Of a DNA stretch of 64,000 bases, positions 1 through 10,360 are shown piece after piece (the first letter of the stretch is position 1; every line of letters begins with the position of its first letter). A program made the translations under genes and the position numbers. The DNA is taken from the NCBI GenBank assembly GCA_964400625.1, contig CAYNUS010000004.1:26164-90163 (forward strand), read 5' to 3'. This DNA comes from an uncultured Gammaproteobacteria bacterium. Lineage in GTDB: Bacteria > Patescibacteriota > Patescibacteriia > SG8-24 > DYFX01. Under the pieces are notes generated by a model. That model had not been told where the DNA came from. It worked only from the letters and a program-made list of their open reading frames with translations, and searched no databases.

Positions 1-369
1 CCGGAGATCCCGACGCCGCCGCTCTCGAACTCCGGGCGCCGCTTGAGCGCCGCGACGATCGGCTCGGGGTCGCCGTAGAGGGCGACGAGGATCTGCTCGC
101 CGTGATGGAGCTTGATCGCGAGCGCCGCGTCCTTGGCGACCTGGTCGAACAGGCGGGCGTCGCGGGTCAGCCGCTCGGGGCGGAGCACCGTCAGCAGGTC
201 GAAGCGGCCGCGATGGCCGGTCCCCTTCACGAGCTCCACGAGCCGCGCGGTGCGGTCGTCGTAGGCGTCGGCGCTGGCGATGACCGTGGTGCGGCACATC
301 GTGGCGTGGGCGGCCTGTGCCGCTTCGGTCGCGGCGTCACGGACGCCTTTCTTCTTTTCCGTCTGCATC
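1..369 (-). CDS. hypothetical protein, 5-prime part only (runs off window start)
   Basis: Reverse-strand ATG at 367-369 preceded by GGAGG (rev-comp of 372-381). Open frame continues to position 1. Translation begins MQTEKKKGVRDAATEAAQ... with no recognisable family. Not in the ORF track because it has no in-window stop. Confidence 0.4.
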
Positions 370-454
370 AGCGGTCCTCCTCGCGGAACGGGTGTGGATC
401 CAAGGAACACGAAGCCTGCAGGTTACTCCGGTGCCTGATGGCGGTCAAGCGTAC

Positions 455-479
455 GAAAAAATCGGCCTGTTCAGCCGAT
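455..479 (-). terminator. Rho-independent terminator
   Basis: Hairpin ATCGGC-tgaacag-GCCGAT on the minus strand, followed by a T6 run (plus-strand aaaaaa 455-460). The stop codon of the 471..821 gene lies in the loop. Confidence 0.5.
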
Positions 480-821
480 GTCGGGCGGACGCTTCTTGTC
501 CTTGAACCGCGCGATGCGTTCCGCGTTCACGGGGTTGTCCGGGTCGAGGAACGACGCCTCGAGGACGCCGCTCCGTTCGAGCAGGTCCCGTTCGACGTGC
601 GGATGGACCTCGGAGACCAAGGCATCGGCGCGGTCGGTGAAGGCGCACAGCAGGGTGAGCGTGAGCGGGAAGACGCTCGCGACGCCCATGGCGAAAGCCT
701 CCCCCGTCTCGCCCTTGGCGAGATGCAGGCCGAGGAACGCGAGGCAACCCGCCGAGATGGCGGCGAACGCCAGGGTGGCGGTCCAGAGGTCGGATTTCCA
801 AAGGATCTTCTTTTCGCGCAT
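471..821 (-). CDS. small membrane protein, hypothetical
   Basis: Internal Met (MREKKILWKSDLWTATLAFAAISAGCLAFLGL...) of ORF 471..929. Two predicted hydrophobic helices. No family recognised. Confidence 0.45.
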   Translation of the reverse strand: MREKKILWKSDLWTATLAFAAISAGCLAFLGLHLAKGETGEAFAMGVASVFPLTLTLLCAFTDRADALVSEVHPHVERDLLERSGVLEASFLDPDNPVNAERIARFKDKKRPPDIG

Positions 822-931
822 GCGTCCTCCGATGGCGCGAGGATAGGCCGGAACGGCGTTCCCGTCAAGACCTTGACGCTGACGTCGGCGCGTGTTAGTT
901 TTCCTGGTCGCGAAACCTGCAGGAGGCACGC

Positions 932-1471
932 ATGACCCGACCGACCGATCCCGCGTTCCAGGCTCTTCACGAAGCGTTCGACGGTTTCCGCCGCAGGGCG
1001 GAAGCCACCGGCAGGCCTTTCTCCCACGTCGACCCGCGCCGCTTCGAGGCCGTCGAGAGCTTCGAGGAGCTCCGGACGCCCGGCACGCCCTCGCGGCTGG
1101 CCGCCGTCCGCGTGGCGTTCCGTCTCGCCGCCGAGGACGGCGACCGCCGCGCGTTCTTCCGGCTCGAGGCCCACTTCCTCACGGGCGCCGTCGGCTACGG
1201 CGCGTTCGCCGCCGACCGCCAGCTCATGGACAGCGAGCGCGGCCACGTCTCGTTCCACGCGCTCTACGAATCCCGCCGCGAGGAGGCGTTCGCCATCGGT
1301 ACCGGAGCGCACCTCGCCCAGCTGGGCTGCGCCGCCATGCGCCTGGAGCAGGAGGGCCGGACGGAGGCGGCCGAGGCCATCTGCCGCCTGCTCGAGACGC
1401 AGGAGGGCGAGATGCCGCAGGGCCACCGCGGCGCCCCCGAGTTCGACCTCATGAGCGAGTTCCGCCTCTGA
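932..1471 (+). CDS. hypothetical protein
   Basis: 179-aa ORF with a strong AGGAGG 8 nt upstream of the ATG. No recognisable domain. Confidence 0.55.
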   Translation: MTRPTDPAFQALHEAFDGFRRRAEATGRPFSHVDPRRFEAVESFEELRTPGTPSRLAAVRVAFRLAAEDGDRRAFFRLEAHFLTGAVGYGAFAADRQLMDSERGHVSFHALYESRREEAFAIGTGAHLAQLGCAAMRLEQEGRTEAAEAICRLLETQEGEMPQGHRGAPEFDLMSEFRL

Positions 1472-1475
1472 AACG

Positions 1476-1510
1476 AAATCCCCCGCCTGCACGGCGAGGG
1501 ATTTTTCTAT
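1476..1510. terminator. bidirectional Rho-independent terminator
   Basis: Imperfect hairpin ATCCCCCGCC-tgcacg-GGCGAGGGAT with T-runs on both strands. Sits between the convergent 932..1471 gene and atpC. Confidence 0.45.
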
Positions 1511-1950
1511 GACTGGACGTTCGGCATGCCGCGGCGTTCGCGGTGCTTGCGGACGACCTTCCAGCGCGCCATCTCGCGGGCGAGATGCGCCGTGGCGTCG
1601 GCGAAGCGCTCGGCGTCGTCGTGCTTTTCGGCGAGGACCTGCTCGGCGCGCCTCATGGCCTCCTCGATGGCCTTGAAGTCGAGCTCGTCGGCGCGTTCGG
1701 CGGTGTCGGCCAGGATCGCGATGCGGTTGCCCGGGTGGACCGTCACGAAGCCGCCGGAGACGGCGAGCAGGATCTCCTCGCCCGCCTCGTCGACGAGCCG
1801 AAGCTCGCCCGCCTGGATCGGGGCGACCAGGGGGAGATGGTCCGGCAGCACGGTGATCTCGCCTTCGGTCGTCGGGATCGAGACCTGGCGGATCTTGGCG
1901 CGCACGGCGACGCGTTCCGGCGTCGTGAGTTCGAAGTCGAGGAGTTTCAT
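1507..1950 (-). CDS. atpC: F0F1 ATP synthase subunit epsilon
   Basis: 147 aa (MKLLDFELTTPERVAVRAKIRQVSIPTTEGEITVLPDHLPLVAPI...). Typical epsilon N-terminal beta-sandwich, and last gene of the atp operon. Confidence 0.9.
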   Translation of the reverse strand: MKLLDFELTTPERVAVRAKIRQVSIPTTEGEITVLPDHLPLVAPIQAGELRLVDEAGEEILLAVSGGFVTVHPGNRIAILADTAERADELDFKAIEEAMRRAEQVLAEKHDDAERFADATAHLAREMARWKVVRKHRERRGMPNVQS

Positions 1951-1956
1951 GTGCGC

Positions 1957-3327
<1,371 letters not shown>

Positions 3328-4230
3328 TTATGCGTTGGCGAGCGCGGCGCGCCCGGCGGAGATTTCCGCGATCTCTTGAGTGATGCCGGCCTGGCGTGCC
3401 TGGTTGAAGGTGAGGCGGAGGTCGTCGATCATGTCGGCGGCGGCGTCCGTGGCGTTCTTCATCGCCAGCATGCGCGCCGAGTGCTCCGAGGCGAGCGATT
3501 CGAGGACGGCCTGGTAGAGCTGGGCCTCGGCCACGCGCGGCAGGAGCTGGTCGAGGACGGTGCGCGCGTCGGGTTCGAAGACGTATTCCTCGGCGGCCTT
3601 GGCGTTCGCGTGGACCTCCTCGTGTCCGCGGACCTCGCCGAGCTCGCTGTCGCGCGTGAGCGGGAGCAGCGTCTTGGCGCGGGGCTTCTGGAGGATCGAG
3701 GAGACGAAGTCCGTGTAGATGACGGCGACCTCGCCGTACTCCCCCGCCGTGAAGCCGTTCCTGGCGAGGCGCGCCAGCGGGCGGACCTTCGTGACCGGAG
3801 GGGCGCCGCCGGCGAGCACGTCGCCGAACGAGGCCTTGAGGGGGAGCTTCCGGCGCCGCGCCCACGCCTCGCCGCGGCGGCCGATGGCGATGACGTCGAC
3901 GGAGCCTTCCGGCCGCGAGCGGATGAACTCGTTCGCGACGCGGATCACCTGGGCGTTGAAGCCTCCGCAGAGGCCGCGGTCCGAGGTGACGAGGATCGCC
4001 AGCGCGCGCCCGGACTCCGGCTTCTTGAGGAGCGGATGCGCCTCCTCGCCCCTCTGCTCCAGCCGTGCGACCAGGCTCCACGCCATCTGCGCGTAGGGAC
4101 GCGAAGACAGCACGGCCGAGACGGCCTTGCGCATCTTCGAGGCAGCGACCAGTTCCATCGCCTTCGTGATCTTCTTCGTGTTCACGACGGACTTGATGCG
4201 GCGGTTGATGGCTTTCGTGTTGACTCCCAT
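3328..4230 (-). CDS. atpG: F0F1 ATP synthase subunit gamma
   Basis: 300 aa starting MGVNTKAINRRIKSVVNTKKITKAMELVAASKMRKA, the classic gamma N-terminus. Confidence 0.95.
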   Translation of the reverse strand: MGVNTKAINRRIKSVVNTKKITKAMELVAASKMRKAVSAVLSSRPYAQMAWSLVARLEQRGEEAHPLLKKPESGRALAILVTSDRGLCGGFNAQVIRVANEFIRSRPEGSVDVIAIGRRGEAWARRRKLPLKASFGDVLAGGAPPVTKVRPLARLARNGFTAGEYGEVAVIYTDFVSSILQKPRAKTLLPLTRDSELGEVRGHEEVHANAKAAEEYVFEPDARTVLDQLLPRVAEAQLYQAVLESLASEHSARMLAMKNATDAAADMIDDLRLTFNQARQAGITQEIAEISAGRAALANA

Positions 4231-4250
4231 GGCGCGCGTTCGGTCGGGAC

Positions 4251-5765
4251 TTAGACGGTCTTCTTGTATTCGGCGATGGCTTCCTTCAGCTCGGCTTCGA
4301 TGTCCGGCTCGAGCGCCTTCTTCTCCTTCAGCTTCTTCATGAGCTCGGCGCGGGAGGCTTTGAGATACCGGTGGAAGCCGTCCTCCCAGTCGCGGACCTT
4401 GTCGATGGCGACGTCGTCGATGAGGCCGTTGGTCACCGCGTAGATGACGGCGGCCTGGTGCTCGAACGGCATCGGCTGGTACTGCGGCTGCTTCAGGATC
4501 TCGACCGTGCGGCGGCCGCGCTCGATCTGCGAGCGCGTCGTCTCGTCGAGATCGGAGGCGAACTGGGCGAAGGCTTCGAGCTCGCGGAACTGCGCGAGGT
4601 CGAGGCGCAGGCGTCCGGCGACCTTCTTCATGACCTTCGTCTGGGCGGCGCCGCCGACGCGCGAGACCGAGAGGCCGACGTTCACGGCCGGGCGGATGCC
4701 GCGGTAGAACAGGTCGCCTTCGAGGTAGATCTGGCCGTCGGTGATGGAAATGACGTTCGTCGGGATGTAGGCGGAGACGTCGCCGGCCTGCGTCTCGATG
4801 ATCGGGAGCGCGGTGAGCGATCCGCCGCCGTGCTCCTTGTTGCGGCAGGCGGCGCGCTCGAGGAGGCGCGAGTGCAGGTAGAAGACGTCGCCCGGATAGG
4901 CTTCGCGGCCCGGCGGGCGCTTCAGGATGAGCGAGATCTGGCGGTAGGCCCAGGCGTGCTTGGAGAGGTCGTCATACACGACGAGCGCGTCCTGGCCCTT
5001 GTCCATGAAGTATTCGCCGATGGCGGCGCCGGCGTACGGCGCGAGGTACGACATCGAGGCGGGGTCGGAGGCGCCGGCCACGACGATGACGGTGTAGTCC
5101 ATCGCGCCCGCTTCCTCGAGCTTCGCCATGATGCGCGCGATCTTCGATTCCTTCTGGCCGATGGCGACGTAGATGCACGTCACGCCCGCGCCCTTCTGGT
5201 TGATGATGGTGTCGACCGCGATGGCGGTCTTGCCGGTCTGGCGGTCGCCGATGATGAGCTCGCGCTGGCCGCGGCCGATCGGGACCATCGCGTCGATGGC
5301 CTTCACGCCGGTCTGGAGCGGGACGCCGACGGGCTCGCGGGTGACGACGCCGGGGGCGACCTTCTCGATCGGATAAGACTTGCCGCCCTTGATCGGGCCC
5401 TTGCCGTCGAGCGGACGGCCGAGCGGATCGACGACGCGGCCGATGAAGGCGTCGGAGACGTCGATCGAGAGGATCTTGCCCGTCGAGCGGACGGTGTCCC
5501 CTTCCTTCAGGTGCTTGGACTCGCCGAGCACGATGGCGCCGACGGTCTCCTCTTCCAGGTTGAGCGCCAGGCCGTAGGTCGGCTCCTTGCCGTCCGGTCC
5601 CGGGAACTCGAGCATCTCCGAAGACATGGCCTCGGTGAGGCCGGTCATGCGGACGACGCCGTCGCCGGATTCGACGATCGTGCCGACCTTCTCGGCCTTG
5701 GCGTCGACCGAGGCCTCGGAGATCTGCTTCTTCAGCGCTTCGATGATGAATTCTTTGGTGGCCAT
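4251..5765 (-). CDS. atpA: F0F1 ATP synthase subunit alpha
   Basis: 504 aa with GDRQTGKT P-loop. Confidence 0.97.
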   Translation of the reverse strand: MATKEFIIEALKKQISEASVDAKAEKVGTIVESGDGVVRMTGLTEAMSSEMLEFPGPDGKEPTYGLALNLEEETVGAIVLGESKHLKEGDTVRSTGKILSIDVSDAFIGRVVDPLGRPLDGKGPIKGGKSYPIEKVAPGVVTREPVGVPLQTGVKAIDAMVPIGRGQRELIIGDRQTGKTAIAVDTIINQKGAGVTCIYVAIGQKESKIARIMAKLEEAGAMDYTVIVVAGASDPASMSYLAPYAGAAIGEYFMDKGQDALVVYDDLSKHAWAYRQISLILKRPPGREAYPGDVFYLHSRLLERAACRNKEHGGGSLTALPIIETQAGDVSAYIPTNVISITDGQIYLEGDLFYRGIRPAVNVGLSVSRVGGAAQTKVMKKVAGRLRLDLAQFRELEAFAQFASDLDETTRSQIERGRRTVEILKQPQYQPMPFEHQAAVIYAVTNGLIDDVAIDKVRDWEDGFHRYLKASRAELMKKLKEKKALEPDIEAELKEAIAEYKKTV

Positions 5766-5767
5766 AT

Positions 5768-6163
5768 TCAGATGAGGGACTTTTTCAGGCGTTCGAGGCT
5801 GCCTTTGACGGAGGCGTCGAGCAGGACGTCGTCGTAGCGGATGACGGCGCCGGCGATGAGCGAAGGATCGATCTCCCAGGTCGTCTCCACGTCGGCGTCG
5901 AGGGCCTTCCTGAAGGAGGCGGCGAGCGCCTGCTTGCGGTCGTCGGCGAGCTCCTCGGCGGAGGTCACGCGCACCTCGCGGACGCCTTCGGCGGCGCGGA
6001 CCTCGGCTTCGAAGGCCTTGATGACGTTCGGGGCGAGCTGGAGCTCGTGGCGCGCGGAGAGGATCTCCACGAACTTCCCGACGGCCTTGCGGACGTCCTT
6101 CTCCCCCAGCCCGGCGGTCACCTGGTAGAGGGCGCGCCCGTAGGTTTCGGCGATGCGCGGCAT
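5768..6163 (-). CDS. atpH: F0F1 ATP synthase subunit delta (short form, 131 aa)
   Basis: Sits between atpF and atpA and has an OSCP-like C-terminus. Unusually short for delta (typically about 180 aa). Confidence 0.75.
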   Translation of the reverse strand: MPRIAETYGRALYQVTAGLGEKDVRKAVGKFVEILSARHELQLAPNVIKAFEAEVRAAEGVREVRVTSAEELADDRKQALAASFRKALDADVETTWEIDPSLIAGAVIRYDDVLLDASVKGSLERLKKSLI

Positions 6164-6164
6164 A

Positions 6165-6731
6165 TCAGGAATCGATGCGCTTCGCGGCCGCGTCGAGCAG
6201 GCCCTTCTTCTGCGCGTCGGTGAGCTTCTCGCCGAGCGCCTTGCCGGCGATCATGACCGCGAGCTCGGCGATCTCGGAGCCCGCCTCGCGGACCATCTTC
6301 TCCTTCTCGGCGGCGAGCGTGTCCTTGCCCTGCTGGACGAGGGCGGCGAGTTCCGCCTGCGTCTTGGCCTTGAGTTCGGCGCGCTGGGCTTCGGCGGCCT
6401 TCTGCGCCTCCTCGATGAGGCGCTGGGCTTCCTTGCGGGCGGCCAGGATGGCTTCCTCCGACGCCTGTTCCGCGCCGGACTTGGCGGCCGCGGCGGCTTC
6501 GGCGTCCTTGAGGCCCTTGTCGATCTTGGCGGTGCGGCTGTCGATGATCTTGAGGAGCGGCGTGTAGACCCACTTCCACATGACGAAGAGCACCACGCTG
6601 AAGTTGAGCAGCTGGGCGATGAAGAGCTTCCAGTTCACGCCGAGCGCGCCAAGGACGGATTCCTCGGCATGGACGGTCGCGGCCGCTTCGGCGGCGGCGT
6701 GGACGATTTCGGGTGCGAAGGGGTTGAACAT
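6165..6731 (-). CDS. atpF: F0F1 ATP synthase subunit B
   Basis: 188 aa with an N-terminal TM helix and an Ala/Glu/Lys-rich coiled-coil stalk. Confidence 0.85.
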   Translation of the reverse strand: MFNPFAPEIVHAAAEAAATVHAEESVLGALGVNWKLFIAQLLNFSVVLFVMWKWVYTPLLKIIDSRTAKIDKGLKDAEAAAAAKSGAEQASEEAILAARKEAQRLIEEAQKAAEAQRAELKAKTQAELAALVQQGKDTLAAEKEKMVREAGSEIAELAVMIAGKALGEKLTDAQKKGLLDAAAKRIDS

Positions 6732-6790
6732 AAGGTGGCGTAATGCGCTGGCTTTCCCGCCCTTCCGCGAAGGGCGGCCGTGTCAGCGTC

Positions 6791-7012
6791 TTACAGGGTG
6801 AAGACGACGACCAGGGAGTAAATGGCGATGGCTTCCGCGAAGGCGGCGCCGAGGAGCATCGGGACGAAGAGCTTGCCGGCGGATTCCGGGTTGCGGCCGA
6901 TGGCTTCCATGGCCTTGCCGACCAGGTTGCCGATGGCGAGGGCCGGAGCGATGCCGCCGATGGCCATCGTGGCGCCTTTGATGAGGACGGACATGGATTC
7001 TGCGTCGAGCAT
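6791..7012 (-). CDS. atpE: F0F1 ATP synthase subunit C
   Basis: 73-aa proteolipid hairpin with conserved carboxylate (…FAEAIAIYSLVVVF…). Confidence 0.9.
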   Translation of the reverse strand: MLDAESMSVLIKGATMAIGGIAPALAIGNLVGKAMEAIGRNPESAGKLFVPMLLGAAFAEAIAIYSLVVVFTL

Positions 7013-7126
7013 ATGCGTGGTGCGCGGATCGTCGGGTGGACGGAGGGGGTGGGTTTCACGTCTCCTCGATCGCGGCTAAGAGTGAAAGTTCGGACCCCGA
7101 AAAGATCGGGAGCCGAAGGCTTCCTC

Positions 7127-7990
7127 TTAGGAAGCGCGCGCGCCGTGCGGTTCGAGGCCGTGCGCCTCGCCCAGCTCGTCCTCGTGATGCTCCTCGTGGT
7201 CGCCGTGCGGCTTCGACGAGAGGATCGTGAGGTAGACCAGGGCGAGCATCGCGAAGACGGTCGCCTGGACCATGCCCACGATGAGCTCCAGGAAGGTGAA
7301 CGGCAGCGGGACGACGTACGCCACGAGCGAATACATCACGGTGATGAGCACCTCGCCGGCGAAGATGTTGCCGAAGAGGCGCAGCGACAGCGAGACGACC
7401 TTGGCGATCTCGGCGAAGAACTCGATGACGCCGACCAAGAGCTCGACGGCGGCGACCACGATATCCATCGGCTTCTTGCGGAAGGACTTGAAGAACGTCC
7501 CGAGCGCGATGAACTTGTTCCAGTGCGCGAAGAAGCCGATCGTGACGATGCCCACGAGGTGCGAGGCGATGACGGTCAGCGCGGCCATCGCCAGCGTCAT
7601 GTTGAGGTCGGCGTTGGCGGGGCGGAAGATCGGCGCGTTCTCGACGTGTCCGTGGAGCTCGATGGTGCGCCAGAGCGAACCGACGCCCGGCAGGATGCCC
7701 ATCCAGTTGCAGACCAGGATGAAGAGGAAAAGCGTGCCCACGAGCGGCAGGAACTTCTTGGATTTGGCGCGGTCCTGCGTGACCTGGTCGACATAGCCCA
7801 GCATGAACTCGACCAAGCCTTCGACCGCCGACTGGAAGCGGCCCGGGACGTCCGACGTGAGCGCGCGCTTCACGAGGAACGCGACCGCGACGAAGACCGC
7901 GACCGCGAGCCAGGCGTTGATGAGCGAGTTCGTGATCGGGAAGCTCCCGACGTGGAAGATGGGTTCAGCGGCGATCGGCGGGATGGTCAT
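7127..7990 (-). CDS. atpB: F0F1 ATP synthase subunit A
   Basis: 287-aa polytopic membrane protein with the conserved Arg region (LSLRLFGNIFAGE). The start may be downstream alternative codon because it overlaps the upstream gene by 26 nt. Confidence 0.88.
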   Translation of the reverse strand: MTIPPIAAEPIFHVGSFPITNSLINAWLAVAVFVAVAFLVKRALTSDVPGRFQSAVEGLVEFMLGYVDQVTQDRAKSKKFLPLVGTLFLFILVCNWMGILPGVGSLWRTIELHGHVENAPIFRPANADLNMTLAMAALTVIASHLVGIVTIGFFAHWNKFIALGTFFKSFRKKPMDIVVAAVELLVGVIEFFAEIAKVVSLSLRLFGNIFAGEVLITVMYSLVAYVVPLPFTFLELIVGMVQATVFAMLALVYLTILSSKPHGDHEEHHEDELGEAHGLEPHGARAS

Positions 7991-8240
7991 AGCGGTTCAC
8001 CAGGGACTGATATTCCTTTCCGTAGCGGGAGGCTTTCTTCCGGATCGCGAGGGCGCTGAGGCCGAAGGCGAGGGCGAGCGTGCCGAGGAGCGCGTAGGGC
8101 TTCGTCCCCCAGGCGGCGTCGAGGTTCGAGCCGAGGAGGGCGGCCGCGACGGCCGGGATCGCCAGCGTCGCGCCGAAGTCGCCCACGATGCGAAGGCCGA
8201 ACATCTGATACGCGCGCGTGCCGTCGTCCTTCTTTTCCAT
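7965..8240 (-). CDS. AtpZ/AtpI-like small membrane protein of the ATP synthase operon
   Basis: 91 aa with two TM helices, immediately upstream of atpB. Confidence 0.5.
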   Translation of the reverse strand: MEKKDDGTRAYQMFGLRIVGDFGATLAIPAVAAALLGSNLDAAWGTKPYALLGTLALAFGLSALAIRKKASRYGKEYQSLVNRYDHPADRR

Positions 8241-8304
8241 AGATAAGACGACGCCAGTCTATTGGAAGACCGGCGCGACGTCAACGGTGGGTAACTTTAT
8301 TGCG

Positions 8305-9174
8305 CTAACCTTGGCCCATTCTCCGGAACAACCGGCGCGCGTTGGCCGTCGTGGCGGCGGCGACCTCATCGAAGGCGATGCCCTTGAGCGCGGCGACCTT
8401 CTCGGCCACGAGTTTCACGTTGGCGGGCGTGTTGCGTTCGCCGCGGCGCGGGACGGGCGTGAGGTACGGCGAATCGGTCTCGACGACGATGCGGTCGAGC
8501 GGCGCCCACGCGACGACGTCGGTCAGGAGTTCCTTGCCTTCCTTCACGTCCGACTTGCGCGGCGGATACGTGATGGAGCCTCCGAACGCGAGCATGAAGC
8601 CCAGCGCGAGATAGCGTTCGGCGTCGTGCTTGGTGCCCGTGAAGCAATGGATGACGCCGCGGATCGGATCGCCTTCCCGATACGCCCCCCAGATCTTCCC
8701 GATGAGCGCGATCTGGTCATCGTGCGCGTCGCGGCAATGGATGACGACAGGCAGGTCGCTCGCGATGGCGAGCCGCGCGCCCGCTTCGAAGGCGGCGGAT
8801 TCGCGCTCCTTCATCTCCTCCAGGGAGACGTTCTCGTATTCGTAATGATAGTCGAGCCCCATCTCCCCCACCGCCACGACCTTCGGATGCTTCAAAAGTT
8901 CCCCGTAGTAGGCGGGATCGAACGATTCGTTCCGCGACTTGAACTGCACCTCGCCCTCGTCGTGGTAGCCGGCGAAGATGTGCGAAGGATGCAATCCGAC
9001 GGTCGCCCAGACGCCGTCGTATCTTTCCGCGAGCCTGATGCCGTTCGCGCTCGTGTCCTTCTGCGTGCCGATCGTCACCATCTGGACGCCTTGGGAAAGG
9101 CAAGAACGGACGACATCGTCCATGTCGTCCTTGTAGGCGTTGAAGTGCACGTGGCAGTGGGTGTCGATCAGCAT
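8305..9174 (-). CDS. tatD: TatD family metal-dependent hydrolase (DNase)
   Basis: 289 aa starting MLIDTHCHVHF, with conserved His/Asp/Glu pattern. Confidence 0.9.
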   Translation of the reverse strand: MLIDTHCHVHFNAYKDDMDDVVRSCLSQGVQMVTIGTQKDTSANGIRLAERYDGVWATVGLHPSHIFAGYHDEGEVQFKSRNESFDPAYYGELLKHPKVVAVGEMGLDYHYEYENVSLEEMKERESAAFEAGARLAIASDLPVVIHCRDAHDDQIALIGKIWGAYREGDPIRGVIHCFTGTKHDAERYLALGFMLAFGGSITYPPRKSDVKEGKELLTDVVAWAPLDRIVVETDSPYLTPVPRRGERNTPANVKLVAEKVAALKGIAFDEVAAATTANARRLFRRMGQG

Positions 9175-9178
9175 GGGT

Positions 9179-9661
9179 TCAGCCGCCGTCCTTGGGGTTT
9201 TCGCGTTCGCGCTTGCGGCGTTCGGCGGGCGTCAGGTCCTTCTCGGCGGCGATCTTCGCGACGGGCGCGACGTGCTCGACCATCTTGGCGATCGGGGCGA
9301 CAGGGATGACGTGGTCGATGACGGCGGTCGTGACGACTTCCTCGGCGATGTCGTCCAGGATGCCGCCTTCCGAGGCCTTCTTCCGGAGCGTTTCGTAGCG
9401 CCCTTGGATCGCGTCCGCCGCGTCCTCGATGGCCTCGAGTTCCTCCTGCTCCTCGCGGGTGAGATGGCCTTCCTGGCGTCCGGCCTGCAGGCGCGCCTCA
9501 TGGACGGCCTTGAGTGCCTCCTCGGATTCGGTCTTCGCGAGCGCGAGTTCGGCCTTGAAGGCGCGGCTCCGTTCGCCGAAAAGGTCGACGCCCGCTTCCT
9601 GTTCGGGCGAGCGCTTCTTCTCCCGTTCCGCGGAGGGCTTCGGGCGTTCGAAAATCCCCAT
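9179..9661 (-). CDS. hypothetical coiled-coil protein
   Basis: 160 aa, Glu/Ala/Lys rich. Tightly packed between tatD and the next gene. Confidence 0.45.
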   Translation of the reverse strand: MGIFERPKPSAEREKKRSPEQEAGVDLFGERSRAFKAELALAKTESEEALKAVHEARLQAGRQEGHLTREEQEELEAIEDAADAIQGRYETLRKKASEGGILDDIAEEVVTTAVIDHVIPVAPIAKMVEHVAPVAKIAAEKDLTPAERRKRERENPKDGG

Positions 9662-9665
9662 AGCT

Positions 9666-9851
9666 TCAGCCGAGCCCGAGCTGGCGGCGCAGCTTGGCGA
9701 TCAATCCTTGGTCGCGGCGTTTCCCGACGGAGGCCGTGAAGGCGCGGCTCCGGCTCATGAGCGCGCGCATGTCGGCGCGGAGGCTGCGGAGTTCGGCCTG
9801 CATGCCCATGAGCTGCGCTTCGGAGAGCGGCAAGGCGGCGGCGATGCTCAT
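9666..9851 (-). CDS. hypothetical small protein (61 aa)
   Basis: ORF overlaps cvpA by 4 nt. Only the operon context supports it. Confidence 0.3.
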   Translation of the reverse strand: MSIAAALPLSEAQLMGMQAELRSLRADMRALMSRSRAFTASVGKRRDQGLIAKLRRQLGLG

Positions 9852-10360
9852 ATCACGGACTGGATCTGGCGCACCGCCTGCGGAAGGAGCGGCGCGAAGA
9901 GGCCGAAGGCGTGCAGGAGCCAGATGCCGACATGCGAGGCGGCCAGCACGGAGCCGAAGCTCGCGCTGATCGGATAGCGCGCGGCGATGTAGAGCGCGCC
10001 GCCGACCACGACGATGCCTTCCAGGAAGCCGAGCAGGCCGCCCAAGAGCGCATTGAACGTCTTCAGGAACGGGATGACGGCGACGATCTTGAAGACCTTC
10101 TCGATGATCCAGAAGACGAGGCCGATCAGGCGGTTCACGAGGATCATGAGCACGAGGAACATCACGACGCGCGCAAGGTTCTCGTTGCCGAAGAAGACGC
10201 CGGCGACCGCCTGGCCCCAGCTGTCGTAATAGCGGCCGGCCACGAGCACCGAGAGCACCATGCCGACGAGGCCGCCGAGCGCATGGATCAAGCCGAACCA
10301 GAGCCCCGCCAGGACGAAGGCGAAGACCGAGAGGACGAGGATGAGGTCGAAGAAGGTCAT
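9848..10360 (-). CDS. cvpA: CvpA family membrane protein
   Basis: 170 aa with 4 TM helices and the colicin V production protein family pattern. Confidence 0.7.
   Translation of the reverse strand: MTFFDLILVLSVFAFVLAGLWFGLIHALGGLVGMVLSVLVAGRYYDSWGQAVAGVFFGNENLARVVMFLVLMILVNRLIGLVFWIIEKVFKIVAVIPFLKTFNALLGGLLGFLEGIVVVGGALYIAARYPISASFGSVLAASHVGIWLLHAFGLFAPLLPQAVRQIQSVI

Noticed and set aside
102-935. 277-aa plus-strand ORF spanning the first kilobase
   Set aside because: It overlaps two better-supported minus-strand genes with RBS and terminator signals. Its composition is typical of spurious GC-rich frames.
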